DNA of 64,000 nucleotides from an uncultured Clostridia bacterium. Lineage in GTDB: Bacteria; Bacillota; Clostridia; TANB77; CAG-508. Under the pieces are notes generated by a model. The model did no database searches, was not told the DNA's origin, and was given only the letters and a program-made list of their open reading frames with translations. The stretch's first letter is position 1, and each line of letters opens with the position of its first letter. Shown one piece after another: positions 1-10,157 of this stretch. The position numbers and the translations under genes are program-made. The stretch lies in NCBI GenBank assembly GCA_934121885.1, contig CAKOVH010000008.1:233-64232 (forward strand), written 5' to 3'.

Positions 1-807
1 TCTTGTTATCTCTCTTGCTCTATCTGGTCTAAAGTTAAAGAATATAACTGAATCATTATTTTGTATTGTTGCAACAGGACTATCTCCTGAATATATTACT
101 GTTGGTTCAACAAATTCATCAAAAACTTCTTTTTGATATGAAGCTTCAATTGCTGAAATAGCACTTGTTGCCTTGTTTCCAACACCATTTACTAATGCTT
201 CATATGCTTTTTGTACTCTTTGCCATCTTTTATCTCTATCCATAGCATAGAATCTTCCAGAGATACTTGCAATTTTTCCTACACCTTTTTCTTTCATTTT
301 TTCTTCAAGTTTTGCAATATAGCTTTCTCCTGAAGCTGGTGGTGTATCTCTACCATCTAAGAAGCAATGTACATATACATCTTCAAAATCTTTTCTTTTT
401 GCAAGTTCTAATAAAGCAAAAAGATGTCTTATATGGCTATGAACTCCTCCATCTGATAACAATCCTAAAATGTGTAACTTTGAATGGTTCTTCTTACAAT
501 TTTCTATAGCTTCAACTAATTCTGGAATACTAAAGAAGTCTCCATCCTCAATTGATTTTGTGATTTTTGTTAATTCTTGATATACTATTCTTCCTGCCCC
601 AATATTTGTGTGTCCAACTTCTGAATTTCCCATTTGTCCATCTGGTAATCCCACTTGCATACCGCTCGTATAAATTTGAGTTGTAGGACATGTTTTCATT
701 AGTTTATCAATATTAGGTGTATTGGCAAGCTTAACAGCGTTTCCCTTTTCGTTTTCATTAATACCAAATCCATCTAATATCATTAGCATTGTTAGTTTAT
801 TGTTCAT
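1..807 (-). CDS. gpmI: 2,3-bisphosphoglycerate-independent phosphoglycerate mutase, N-terminal 269 codons (3' end lies beyond the window start)
   Basis: Not in the ORF track because it runs off the edge. Reverse translation from the ATG at 805-807 gives MNNKLTMLMILDGFGINENEKGNAVKLANTPNIDKLMKTCPTTQIYTSGMQVGLPDGQMGNSEVGHTNIGAGRIVYQEL, a typical iPGM N-terminus. It is the last gene of the gap-pgk-tpiA-gpmI order. Confidence 0.9.
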   Translation of the reverse strand, partial: MNNKLTMLMILDGFGINENEKGNAVKLANTPNIDKLMKTCPTTQIYTSGMQVGLPDGQMGNSEVGHTNIGAGRIVYQELTKITKSIEDGDFFSIPELVEAIENCKKNHSKLHILGLLSDGGVHSHIRHLFALLELAKRKDFEDVYVHCFLDGRDTPPASGESYIAKLEEKMKEKGVGKIASISGRFYAMDRDKRWQRVQKAYEALVNGVGNKATSAISAIEASYQKEVFDEFVEPTVIYSGDSPVATIQNNDSVIFFNFRPDRAREITR

Positions 808-840
808 CTTTTAGTCCTCTTTTCTTTTCACTTTTATGAT

Positions 841-1593
841 TTAATTATCATAATTTACTATTTTAGCAAATTCATCCGATTTTAGACTTGCTCCTCCAAC
901 TAAGGCTCCATCTATATCAGATGTACTAAATAGTTCTTTGCTGTTAGAAGCTTTTACACTTCCGCCGTATTGTATTATAACTCTTTCGGCTACTATTTGT
1001 CCATATAATTTTGATATTTCTTGTCGAATTTGCTTAATCATATTGTTTGCATCTTCTGATGTTGCAGTTTTTCCAGTTCCAATTGCCCATATTGGTTCAT
1101 AGGCGATTATTACATCTTCTACTTGATTTTCTGTTAATCCTTCAAGTGCAAGCTTTACCTGATTTGTTACTTTTTCTACTGCCTTTCCACTTTCTCTTTC
1201 TTCTAAGCTTTCTCCAACACATACAATTGGCTTTAATCCTGCATTAAAAGCTGACTTTATTTTTTTATTTACAGTTTCATCTGTTTCATTAAAATATTGT
1301 CTTCTTTCAGAATGCCCAATAATTACATATTCTACTCCTATAGATTTTAACATTTGAGCTGAAACTTCTCCTGTATATGCTCCGCTTTCTTCCCAGTGCA
1401 TATTTTGTGCTCCAATTTTAATATTTGTATTTTGAGCTGTTAGAAGTGCATAAAACAAATCAGTGTAAGGTACGCAAAGTATTACTTCACTTTGCGTACT
1501 CTTAACTAAAGGAGTTAACTCATCTATAAATCTAATTGTAGCATCAGGAAGCATATTCATCTTCCAATTTCCAGCAATTACTTTTCTTCTCAT
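841..1593 (-). CDS. tpiA: triosephosphate isomerase
   Basis: 250 aa with motifs AGNWKMN, IIGHSERR and AYEPIWAIGTG; glycolytic operon context. Confidence 0.97.
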   Translation of the reverse strand: MRRKVIAGNWKMNMLPDATIRFIDELTPLVKSTQSEVILCVPYTDLFYALLTAQNTNIKIGAQNMHWEESGAYTGEVSAQMLKSIGVEYVIIGHSERRQYFNETDETVNKKIKSAFNAGLKPIVCVGESLEERESGKAVEKVTNQVKLALEGLTENQVEDVIIAYEPIWAIGTGKTATSEDANNMIKQIRQEISKLYGQIVAERVIIQYGGSVKASNSKELFSTSDIDGALVGGASLKSDEFAKIVNYDN

Positions 1594-1616
1594 AATTTAA
1601 CTACCTTTCTTATATT

Positions 1617-2810
1617 CTATTTATCATTTAAACATACAAGTCCTGGTAAAGCTTTTCCTTCTAATAGTTCAAGTGAAGCTCCACCACCTGTTGAAATGTG
1701 TGTAAACTTATCTTGCAAACCTAGTTTTTTTATTGCTGCTACAGAATCGCCACCACCTACAACAGATATTGCTTCTTTATTTTCTGCAATAGCTTTTGCA
1801 ACATTTTCTGTTCCTACACAATATTTACTAAATTCACATACACCAAGAGGTCCATTCCATAGTATTGTTTTTGCATCCTTTAAAACATTTGCAAATTCTT
1901 CTGATGTTTTAGGTCCAATATCTAATCCTTGGTATCCATCTGGTATTTCGTTAGAGTTTACTAATGTATCTTGTGTATCATTTGAAAACTCTGTTGAAAT
2001 TCTTACATCTTGTGGAAGTACAATTTTAACACCAGCATTTTTAGCTTTTTCTAAAATGCTTTTTGCTTCTTCTATTTTATCATCTTCACATATTGAATTT
2101 CCAATATTGTATCCCATTGATTTAAAGAATGTGAATGCCATTCCACCACCAATTAATATTGTATCAACTTTACTAATTAGATTTTCAATAACACCTATCT
2201 TATCTGAAACTTTAGCTCCTCCTAGTATTGCAACAAATGGTTTTTTTGCATTTTCAAGTGTTCCACTTAAAAATGTAATTTCCTTTTCCATTAAGAAACC
2301 TGCAACAGATATATCTACAAAATGTGATACTCCTTCTGTTGAACTATGTGCTCTATGAGCTGCTCCAAAAGCATCATTTACATATATTCCATCTGTAAGA
2401 TTTGCAAATTCTTTAGATAAAGTTTCATCATTTTTCTCTTCTCTTGAGTCAAATCTTACATTTTCAAGTAATGCAACTTCGCCATCTTTTAAGCTTTCAG
2501 TAACTTGTTTTGCACTTTCTCCTGTTACATCATTTGCAAATTTTATTTCTGTTTCTAATAGTTTACCTAATTCTTTTGCAACAGGTTTTAAAGAATATTT
2601 AGGATTTACTTCTCCCTTTGGTCTTCCAAGGTGAGAACATAATATTACTTTTGCACCATTTTCCATCAAATATTTGATAGTTGGTAGTGCTGCTGTAATT
2701 CTAGTATTATCTGTAATTGTTCCGTTTTCATCTAAAGGAACATTAAAATCACATCTTACTAATACTTTCTTTCCCTTTACATCTATATCCTTAACTGTTT
2801 TCTTATTCAT
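1617..2810 (-). CDS. pgk: phosphoglycerate kinase
   Basis: 397 aa with [15 protein letters not shown] and a C-terminal STGGGASLE motif. Confidence 0.97.
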   Translation of the reverse strand: MNKKTVKDIDVKGKKVLVRCDFNVPLDENGTITDNTRITAALPTIKYLMENGAKVILCSHLGRPKGEVNPKYSLKPVAKELGKLLETEIKFANDVTGESAKQVTESLKDGEVALLENVRFDSREEKNDETLSKEFANLTDGIYVNDAFGAAHRAHSSTEGVSHFVDISVAGFLMEKEITFLSGTLENAKKPFVAILGGAKVSDKIGVIENLISKVDTILIGGGMAFTFFKSMGYNIGNSICEDDKIEEAKSILEKAKNAGVKIVLPQDVRISTEFSNDTQDTLVNSNEIPDGYQGLDIGPKTSEEFANVLKDAKTILWNGPLGVCEFSKYCVGTENVAKAIAENKEAISVVGGGDSVAAIKKLGLQDKFTHISTGGGASLELLEGKALPGLVCLNDK

Positions 2811-2853
2811 TCTTTAACTTCCTTTCAAACTCATCTTTTATGATTTTTACATC

Positions 2854-3897
<1,044 letters not shown>

Positions 3898-3919
3898 TTA
3901 GTATTACCTAAACATTCAC

Positions 3920-3948
3920 ATTTTATATCAAATGATATAATATTTCAA
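3920..3948 (-). promoter_or_regulatory. candidate sigma-A promoter of the gap operon
   Basis: Minus strand reads TTGAAA (3943-3948), a 17-nt spacer, then TAAAAT (3920-3925), about 65 nt upstream of the gap start. Confidence 0.5.
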
Positions 3949-3996
3949 GTATTCTCAAATAGTTTTTTAAGTTAAGTATTGTTATCCACAAATAAC

Positions 3997-4040
3997 GCAA
4001 AAAACACAGTAACAATCCACAATTAGACTGCTACTGTGTT
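3997..4040 (-). terminator. intrinsic terminator after the 86-aa repeat ORF
   Basis: 9-bp stem AACACAGTA/TACTGTGTT (4003-4011 / 4032-4040) followed by a T-run on the minus strand (plus-strand A-run 3999-4004). Confidence 0.7.
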
Positions 4041-4055
4041 GATAATTCTTTAAAA

Positions 4056-4316
4056 TTATAATTCAATATTGTCTGTAATTTCGATTTCTTGAAATAAAAA
4101 GTTTTTAACTTTTTCTCCAGTAATTTCATAGAATAAAAAGTCATGTACTTTTTGTCCTGTAATTTCTTGGCACCAAAAATCGTGTACTTCTTTAAATACT
4201 TTTTCTTGCTTTGGTGTTAATGTTATTTCAACATCTTGGCATAAAAAATTTCTAACTTTTGACCATACACTAACTTCTGTTGGCAAATTTGCACTATTAT
4301 TAATTCCATTTCCCAT
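4056..4316 (-). CDS. small hypothetical protein built from about four degenerate 13-aa tandem repeats
   Basis: 86-aa ORF with GGAGGAAG 7 nt upstream of the ATG, plus its own promoter and terminator. Repeat pattern is KV(R/H/K)(N/D)F(L/W)(C/F)(Q/Y)(D/E)(V/I)(E)IT. No family recognised. Confidence 0.55.
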   Translation of the reverse strand: MGNGINNSANLPTEVSVWSKVRNFLCQDVEITLTPKQEKVFKEVHDFWCQEITGQKVHDFLFYEITGEKVKNFLFQEIEITDNIEL

Positions 4317-4361
4317 TTTTACTTCCTCCTTTGTAGCTTTACTATCATTTTTATCAATATA

Positions 4362-4390
4362 TTTATACTACAATCTTTTTTATTTATCAA
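4362..4390 (-). promoter_or_regulatory. candidate sigma-A promoter for the 86-aa ORF
   Basis: Minus strand reads TTGATA (4385-4390), a 17-nt spacer, then TATAAA (4362-4367). Confidence 0.45.
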
Positions 4391-4493
4391 GTGCCATTTT
4401 TGTTTTTTTATATTATCAATCGTGTAAAGTCAGTATTTTCAATTGTTTGGTCTTTTGTTACATTTTAGTTACAAATTTATTACAGAATTATTA

Positions 4494-5048
4494 CTATATT
4501 TCCATCTGCTTTCCCAAAAAACTTGCTGCTGATTGTACAACCTTTTGTTCAACTTCTGTCATTTTTGTTCCAGCTTCTTTTGATAAAAGTATAACACTTC
4601 CAATAACATCTCCATCTGAAATAATTGGATATACTACTTGTGAATTAAATCTTCTTTCTTTGTTATCATTTTTTGTTATTGGCACTGCTAAGTCGTTATT
4701 TTCTTTACTTGTATAGTTTTCTTTATCCTCTAATATCTTTTCTAGTTCATCGCTTATACTTTGCTCTAAATACTCTTTTTTAGCTCCTCCAGATACAGCT
4801 ATAACTGTGTCCTTATCTGTAATACAAGCAATATGTCCTGTTGTTTTTGCAAGTGTTTCTGCATATTCTGTTGCAAATTCAGATAATTCTCCAATTGGTG
4901 AATATTTTTTTAATATAACTTCTCCTTCTTTATCTGTAAATATTTCTAAAGGATCTCCCTCTTTTATTCTAAGTGTTTTTCTAATTTCTTTTGGAATAAC
5001 AACTCTACCTAAATCATCTATTCTTCTTACTACACCTGTTGCTTTCAC
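4494..5048 (-). CDS. spoVT: stage V sporulation protein T (AbrB-family transcription regulator)
   Basis: 184 aa. The N-terminal swapped-hairpin motif TGVVRRIDDLGRVVIPKEIRKTL is followed by a GAF-like C-terminal half. GTG start behind GGGAGGGG. Confidence 0.9.
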   Translation of the reverse strand: MKATGVVRRIDDLGRVVIPKEIRKTLRIKEGDPLEIFTDKEGEVILKKYSPIGELSEFATEYAETLAKTTGHIACITDKDTVIAVSGGAKKEYLEQSISDELEKILEDKENYTSKENNDLAVPITKNDNKERRFNSQVVYPIISDGDVIGSVILLSKEAGTKMTEVEQKVVQSAASFLGKQMEI

Positions 5049-5067
5049 TTTTTCCCCTCCCTTATTT

Positions 5068-5096
5068 TAGTTATGAAATATAAATGTTAAAATGCA
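5068..5096 (-). promoter_or_regulatory. possible forespore-type (sigma-G/F-like) promoter of spoVT
   Basis: Minus strand reads GCATT, 15 nt, then CATAACTA just upstream of the RBS, resembling the GxATx / CATAxTA forespore sigma pattern. Judged by eye only. Confidence 0.3.
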
Positions 5097-5169
5097 TTTA
5101 ATTTGTTTTTCATAACCTTATTATTGGTTTTTTAGGAGATTTTATTCATAATTTTGTCAAAATTATAGA

Positions 5170-5205
5170 ATAAAAAGACATTTTACCTTTATTAGTAAAA
5201 TGTCC
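5170..5205 (-). terminator. intrinsic terminator after the KAP NTPase gene
   Basis: 10-bp stem GACATTTTAC/GTAAAATGTC (5177-5186 / 5195-5204) followed by a T-run on the minus strand. Confidence 0.7.
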
Positions 5206-5239
5206 TTAATTTTTTTATACAATTATTTATCATTCTTAT

Positions 5240-7231
5240 TTATACAGTTTCTTCTAAATTTTCTATTTTTTCTACCTTATTATATTTTTCATATTCTTTT
5301 ATAATATTTCCAAGTTCGTTTTCAAATTCTTGTAACATTACTATTTTTATGGTTGGCTCTTTGCCATCTAAATAGTTATTCATAACTTGTTTTAATTTTT
5401 TTAAGTTTGGAAGTTCCTCTTGTAAATCTTTTGCATATTTTTTAGCTCTATCAAGAAGTTTTTCTTTTATTGTAATTATATCTTCATTACTTGCACATGA
5501 AATTCTTTGGAACATTTGAAATACATCATAATATTTAAAAATTGGTACTGTCATACATTCTTTATCAAATTGGTCATAAAACATTTCCATTCTCATAGGA
5601 ATATATTTAAATATTTCTTCTGCTTTTTCTTTATACATTTTTTCTTCTAGTTGCTTATTAATATTGTTAAAATATTCTATTATTTCGTTCATTTCTTCCG
5701 ATTCTTCATCTGCAAGTGCAACACTTGCAAGTTCTTCTTCAACATTATCACAATACTTTGATGTTAAAGATGATATATTCATTCCATTTAAAAATACACT
5801 TTTTATTGTTCTCATATCATATGAAATTAATCCTTTTTTTACAAAGTAAGCAAAATATGCAAATAATTTTACTATGTTTATTAATTCAACATTACCATTT
5901 TTTACATCTTCTATAATTTCATTAACCACACTATCAAATTGATCATCAGTTATTTTCCAATATTCTTCTGTAAGTAATCTTTTATATGCTGGTAGTTTGT
6001 CTGTATCAACTGTATTTATTATAACTTCCATATTTTCTTTAAATACTCTCATATCGAAAATACGTGTACGTACATATATTTCAATAAATTTAAAGAAACG
6101 ATATTCAGCTTTAAAGTTATAATAATAATTGTTATCAAATTCTTTAATATAGAATTGTCTATTATCCATAAATACTCTTGATGATACAAGTATTGCTTTA
6201 TATTCTTCGTTATTATTAATATTTACAAACTTGTCTTTCGTAATTTTACCTGCTTTAATTTCAAATGATATTGCTATTGTGAATATAAGCATTGTTTGTA
6301 ATACTCTATTATTTGTATTTGGATAATACTTATTTACCATATCAAATATCTTTTTAAAATTTGTTAATGAGTGTTTTAATATTCTTAAGTTTCTTGTACC
6401 ACTCTTATGAAAAGTAGATATTATTAGTCTTGTATTATCTCTTAAAAATCTTATTAAATCTGGATATTTTTCATATCTCATTAAAAGTCCATTTATAATA
6501 TAATTAAATTCTGGTGCATACTCAAAAGTTTCACCTATTAATTTTTCTTTTATTCTTTCATAATCATTTGCTTTATCAAATACATATTCTATGGTATCTT
6601 GGATTCTTTCAACCATTGGTTTATCTGTATTTATATTCAATTTATTTTCTTTGTCTAAAAGATATGTTGCTATAAATGTTTTCATTTCAAGATTGCTATT
6701 TTTTAGTTTTGTTGCTAATTCTTTTTCATTACATATAATAATTGTTTTTATATGGTCATGTTCAACAAAGTTGTTTATATATCCTAATATATCTATAACA
6801 TCAACATTGGCTCTTTCTAGGTCATCAAAACATAAAACTTTATCATCTGTTGAGAAAAATTCTTTGTAATCTATTCTATCTCCATTTTGCGTTACTCCAA
6901 AAAAGTTTGCCATATCAAGTCCAGTTTTTGCATATTCTGGTATTGATGTTACGCCATTTGTTCCCATAAATCTTTTTAGATTTTTATCCATTAATTGAGT
7001 GGTTTCAATAAATATTTTTTTACTTATTTCTTCAAGATTTGATATACCATAAAGTGACATATATATCGGCGTATATTTTTTTCCATTCAATTGCATTGTT
7101 TCTATTTTTGGTCTTATTTTATGATTCCAAAAATACGTTTTTCCGCTTCCCCATTCACCATTAATCATAATAGCATAATCTGTATAATCTGATCTAATAT
7201 AATCTAATATACTCTCAACTAAATCTTCCAT
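5240..7231 (-). CDS. KAP-family-like P-loop NTPase
   Basis: 663 aa. Walker A is INGEWGSGKTYFW near the N-terminus, Walker B-like is VLCFDDLERA, followed by a long helical C-terminal region. No TM insert obvious. Confidence 0.6.
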   Translation of the reverse strand: MEDLVESILDYIRSDYTDYAIMINGEWGSGKTYFWNHKIRPKIETMQLNGKKYTPIYMSLYGISNLEEISKKIFIETTQLMDKNLKRFMGTNGVTSIPEYAKTGLDMANFFGVTQNGDRIDYKEFFSTDDKVLCFDDLERANVDVIDILGYINNFVEHDHIKTIIICNEKELATKLKNSNLEMKTFIATYLLDKENKLNINTDKPMVERIQDTIEYVFDKANDYERIKEKLIGETFEYAPEFNYIINGLLMRYEKYPDLIRFLRDNTRLIISTFHKSGTRNLRILKHSLTNFKKIFDMVNKYYPNTNNRVLQTMLIFTIAISFEIKAGKITKDKFVNINNNEEYKAILVSSRVFMDNRQFYIKEFDNNYYYNFKAEYRFFKFIEIYVRTRIFDMRVFKENMEVIINTVDTDKLPAYKRLLTEEYWKITDDQFDSVVNEIIEDVKNGNVELINIVKLFAYFAYFVKKGLISYDMRTIKSVFLNGMNISSLTSKYCDNVEEELASVALADEESEEMNEIIEYFNNINKQLEEKMYKEKAEEIFKYIPMRMEMFYDQFDKECMTVPIFKYYDVFQMFQRISCASNEDIITIKEKLLDRAKKYAKDLQEELPNLKKLKQVMNNYLDGKEPTIKIVMLQEFENELGNIIKEYEKYNKVEKIENLEETV

Positions 7232-7248
7232 TTTATTCTTCCTTTCAT

Positions 7249-7881
7249 TTAATCTTTTGCTATTGTTATAATTCCAACCTTATTTGCACCATGCTGTTTT
7301 AATATTTTTTTACATTCATTTGTTGTAGCTCCTGTTGTATAAATATCATCAAATATTAGTACATTTTTATTAATTATTTTTTGCTCATTTTTAACAATAT
7401 ATACATCTTTTGCATTTCTCCTTCTTGCTTCTTTATTCATTTTACTTTGAGGAGCTGTATTAATTATTTTCTTTAAGCAGTTTTCTTCATACATAATATC
7501 TAATTTTTTTGATACTTCCTTTGCTATTAAACTGCTTTGATTATATCCTCTTTTCCATTTTCTTTTATTATGAATTGGAACTGGAATTATTATATCATAA
7601 CTTTTCAAAAATTCACAAGCACTTTTATCGTTTATTAAAATTTCATAAAAGAAATGATATAAATAAGGATTATCATAAAATTTATATTGTATCATTTTTT
7701 CTCTTATTAAATCTTCATATACAAGTAAATGAAATCTTTCAGATCTAATATTTGTTTTTATTTTATACTTTTCTATTTCTTTTTTACATTCCTCACATAA
7801 GTAGCCTTTGTAAATCTTTCCACATATACTACAAGCTGGTGGAAAGAAAAAATCAAGGACAATTTCAAAAAGCTTATACAT
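7249..7881 (-). CDS. comFC: ComF family protein (phosphoribosyltransferase domain)
   Basis: 210 aa with an N-terminal CxxC...CxxC zinc motif and the C-terminal PRTase signature VLIFDDIYTTGAT. Adjacent to recD2, as in many Firmicutes. Confidence 0.85.
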   Translation of the reverse strand: MYKLFEIVLDFFFPPACSICGKIYKGYLCEECKKEIEKYKIKTNIRSERFHLLVYEDLIREKMIQYKFYDNPYLYHFFYEILINDKSACEFLKSYDIIIPVPIHNKRKWKRGYNQSSLIAKEVSKKLDIMYEENCLKKIINTAPQSKMNKEARRRNAKDVYIVKNEQKIINKNVLIFDDIYTTGATTNECKKILKQHGANKVGIITIAKD

Positions 7882-7906
7882 TTTACTCCTTTCATTTGCC
7901 CCCGAT

Positions 7907-10135
7907 TTATTCTTTTAGTTTCATCATTTTAAAAGCTAGACCAGTATTTCTTCTTTTATTATCTGCATTTCTTATCATAAAATCTATTGTGTTTTTATTT
8001 CCAATAATAATTAGCATCTTTTTTGCTCTTGTCATTCCTGTATACAATAAGTTTCTTGTAAGTAGCATTGGAGCAGATTGTCCAACTACCATAATTACAA
8101 CATCAAATTCACTACCTTGTGCCTTATGTACTGTAATTGCATATGCTAAATCTATTTGTTCTAATTCATTAGACTGGTACCATACAACTTTTTCATCATC
8201 AAATTGAATTTTTATATTTTTTTCTTGCTCATTAATTTGCTTTATTGTTCCAAACTCACCATTAAAAACTCCTGAACCCGTTTCATAAATAGGATTTCGC
8301 TTTTCCCAATAAATATCATAATTGTTCTTTATTTGCATAATTCTATCTCCTTCACGAAAAATAGAATCTCCAAATTTCTTTTCTTTTTTATCTTCACTAT
8401 ATGGATTTATAGCCTCTTGTAATAGATGATTTAATTCTTTAGTTCCTAAATCTCCTTTTTTAGTAGGTGTTATAATTTGTATATTCTTAAAGAAGTCATA
8501 GTCCCCATAGTTTTTTAGTCTTTCGCCACTTAATGAAATAACTTGATATCTAATTTTAGATTGATTATTTTCATCTATAAAAAAGAAATCTTCTAAGTAG
8601 TCATTGTCTTTTGCCTCTTCTTTTGTTATAAAATTTTCTCCATTATTTGTTCTATGGCTATTTACTACTATTTTACTTTTAGCTGCTTGTCTAAATATTT
8701 TGTTTAATGTTATAGTTGTTATTGTATCTGATTCTATAATATCCCTTAAAACATTTCCTGGTCCCACTGATGGTAATTGGTCAATATCCCCAACTAAAAC
8801 TAACTTTGTTCCATTGTATATTGCTTTACAAAGATAATTCATTAAAAACACATCTACCATTGACATTTCGTCTACTATAATAATATCTGCATCTATTGGT
8901 GCAACTTGAAAATCTGTGTTTATATTTTGTGTATCGTCTGATACTATACTTCCAATTTCTAGTACTCTATGTAATGTTTTTGCTTCTTCTCCTGTTGTTT
9001 CTGTCATTCTTTTTGCTGCCCTTCCTGTTGGAGCACACAAAACAGGTTTCATTTCATTATGTTTGTATAAATCTATAATTGTTCTAATTATTGTAGTTTT
9101 TCCTGTTCCTGGTCCTCCTGTAATAACACAAACATTATGATCATTTATTGCTCTTATTGCTTCTAATTGTTCTTCTGATAATTCTATGTTTGACTTTTTT
9201 TCAAAAACCTTTAATTCTTTCTCAAATCTATCTATTTGCTTTATATTTTTGTATTCATCTAGTTGAATTAATTTTTCTGCTATATTTTTTTCTGCTTTGT
9301 AATATGGCATTAAATATACCCATTCCTCGCCATTTCTTTCTTCTATTACTAAATCTTTTTTAGCTTTCATATTAATTAGAACATCTTCTATTTCTTCTTG
9401 TTTTACTCCAAGTAAATCATTTGCAAATTTTAGTAAATTTTCGTAAAGTACTGTACAATGTCCATTGTTTGAAGCAAGTGTCAAAGCATGTTTTATTCCG
9501 CTTCTAATACGTTTTTCATTGTTATATTCCATACCAATATCTAGTGCCATTTTATCTATTTGATTAAAGTTAACTTTATTTACTAAATCAACTAATATAT
9601 ATGGATTAGCCTGTATTTCTTCAATTGCATTAACCCCCAATTTTTTATATATTGTTTCTGCACTTTGTGGTCCTATTCCAAATTTATCTAAATAACCTAC
9701 AATTTGCCACACTTCCCAGTTTTCTACAAAACTATCTGATATTTCTATTGCTTTTTCTCTTGTAATACCTTTTATTTGCGCAAGTTTAGTTGGCTCTAAT
9801 TTGAAAACATTTATTGTATCTTCTCCAAATGTTTCTATAATTTTCTTAGCTGTTGCAGGTCCAACACCTTTTATGCTTCCATTTGCTAAGTATCTTTCTA
9901 ATGCATCTAAGGTTTGTGGCATTATTTTTTCAAATGTATCTATTTTAAACTGTTCTCCATAGTCTTGATGTTCTACCATCTTTCCATGAAGTTTAAGGGT
10001 ATCCCCTATGTTTATAAAAGGAAGATACCCTACTACTGTAATTTCATTGCCATCTGTTTTATTAAATACTGCAATGCAATAACTATTTAATTCATTTTTG
10101 TATATTATTTCTGCTATTTCGCCTTCTATTTCCAA
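7907..10135 (-). CDS. recD2: SF1B ATP-dependent RecD-like DNA helicase
   Basis: 742 aa with an N-terminal OB/HhH region, Walker A VITGGPGTGKTT, Walker B IIVDEMSMVD, and C-terminal AITVHKAQGSEF. Confidence 0.9.
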   Translation of the reverse strand: MEIEGEIAEIIYKNELNSYCIAVFNKTDGNEITVVGYLPFINIGDTLKLHGKMVEHQDYGEQFKIDTFEKIMPQTLDALERYLANGSIKGVGPATAKKIIETFGEDTINVFKLEPTKLAQIKGITREKAIEISDSFVENWEVWQIVGYLDKFGIGPQSAETIYKKLGVNAIEEIQANPYILVDLVNKVNFNQIDKMALDIGMEYNNEKRIRSGIKHALTLASNNGHCTVLYENLLKFANDLLGVKQEEIEDVLINMKAKKDLVIEERNGEEWVYLMPYYKAEKNIAEKLIQLDEYKNIKQIDRFEKELKVFEKKSNIELSEEQLEAIRAINDHNVCVITGGPGTGKTTIIRTIIDLYKHNEMKPVLCAPTGRAAKRMTETTGEEAKTLHRVLEIGSIVSDDTQNINTDFQVAPIDADIIIVDEMSMVDVFLMNYLCKAIYNGTKLVLVGDIDQLPSVGPGNVLRDIIESDTITTITLNKIFRQAAKSKIVVNSHRTNNGENFITKEEAKDNDYLEDFFFIDENNQSKIRYQVISLSGERLKNYGDYDFFKNIQIITPTKKGDLGTKELNHLLQEAINPYSEDKKEKKFGDSIFREGDRIMQIKNNYDIYWEKRNPIYETGSGVFNGEFGTIKQINEQEKNIKIQFDDEKVVWYQSNELEQIDLAYAITVHKAQGSEFDVVIMVVGQSAPMLLTRNLLYTGMTRAKKMLIIIGNKNTIDFMIRNADNKRRNTGLAFKMMKLKE

Positions 10136-10157
10136 ATTTCAAACCTCTTTTACTTGT

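Noticed and set aside
1696-2358. 220-aa plus-strand ORF inside pgk, and similar long antisense ORFs (for example 13218-13649, 14132-14524, 18966-19391, 27494-27922, 46167-46574, 49669-50439)
   Set aside because: All lie antisense to, or out of frame with, unmistakable conserved genes. They have low-complexity Ser/Phe/Leu-rich translations and no SD. These are typical shadow ORFs.
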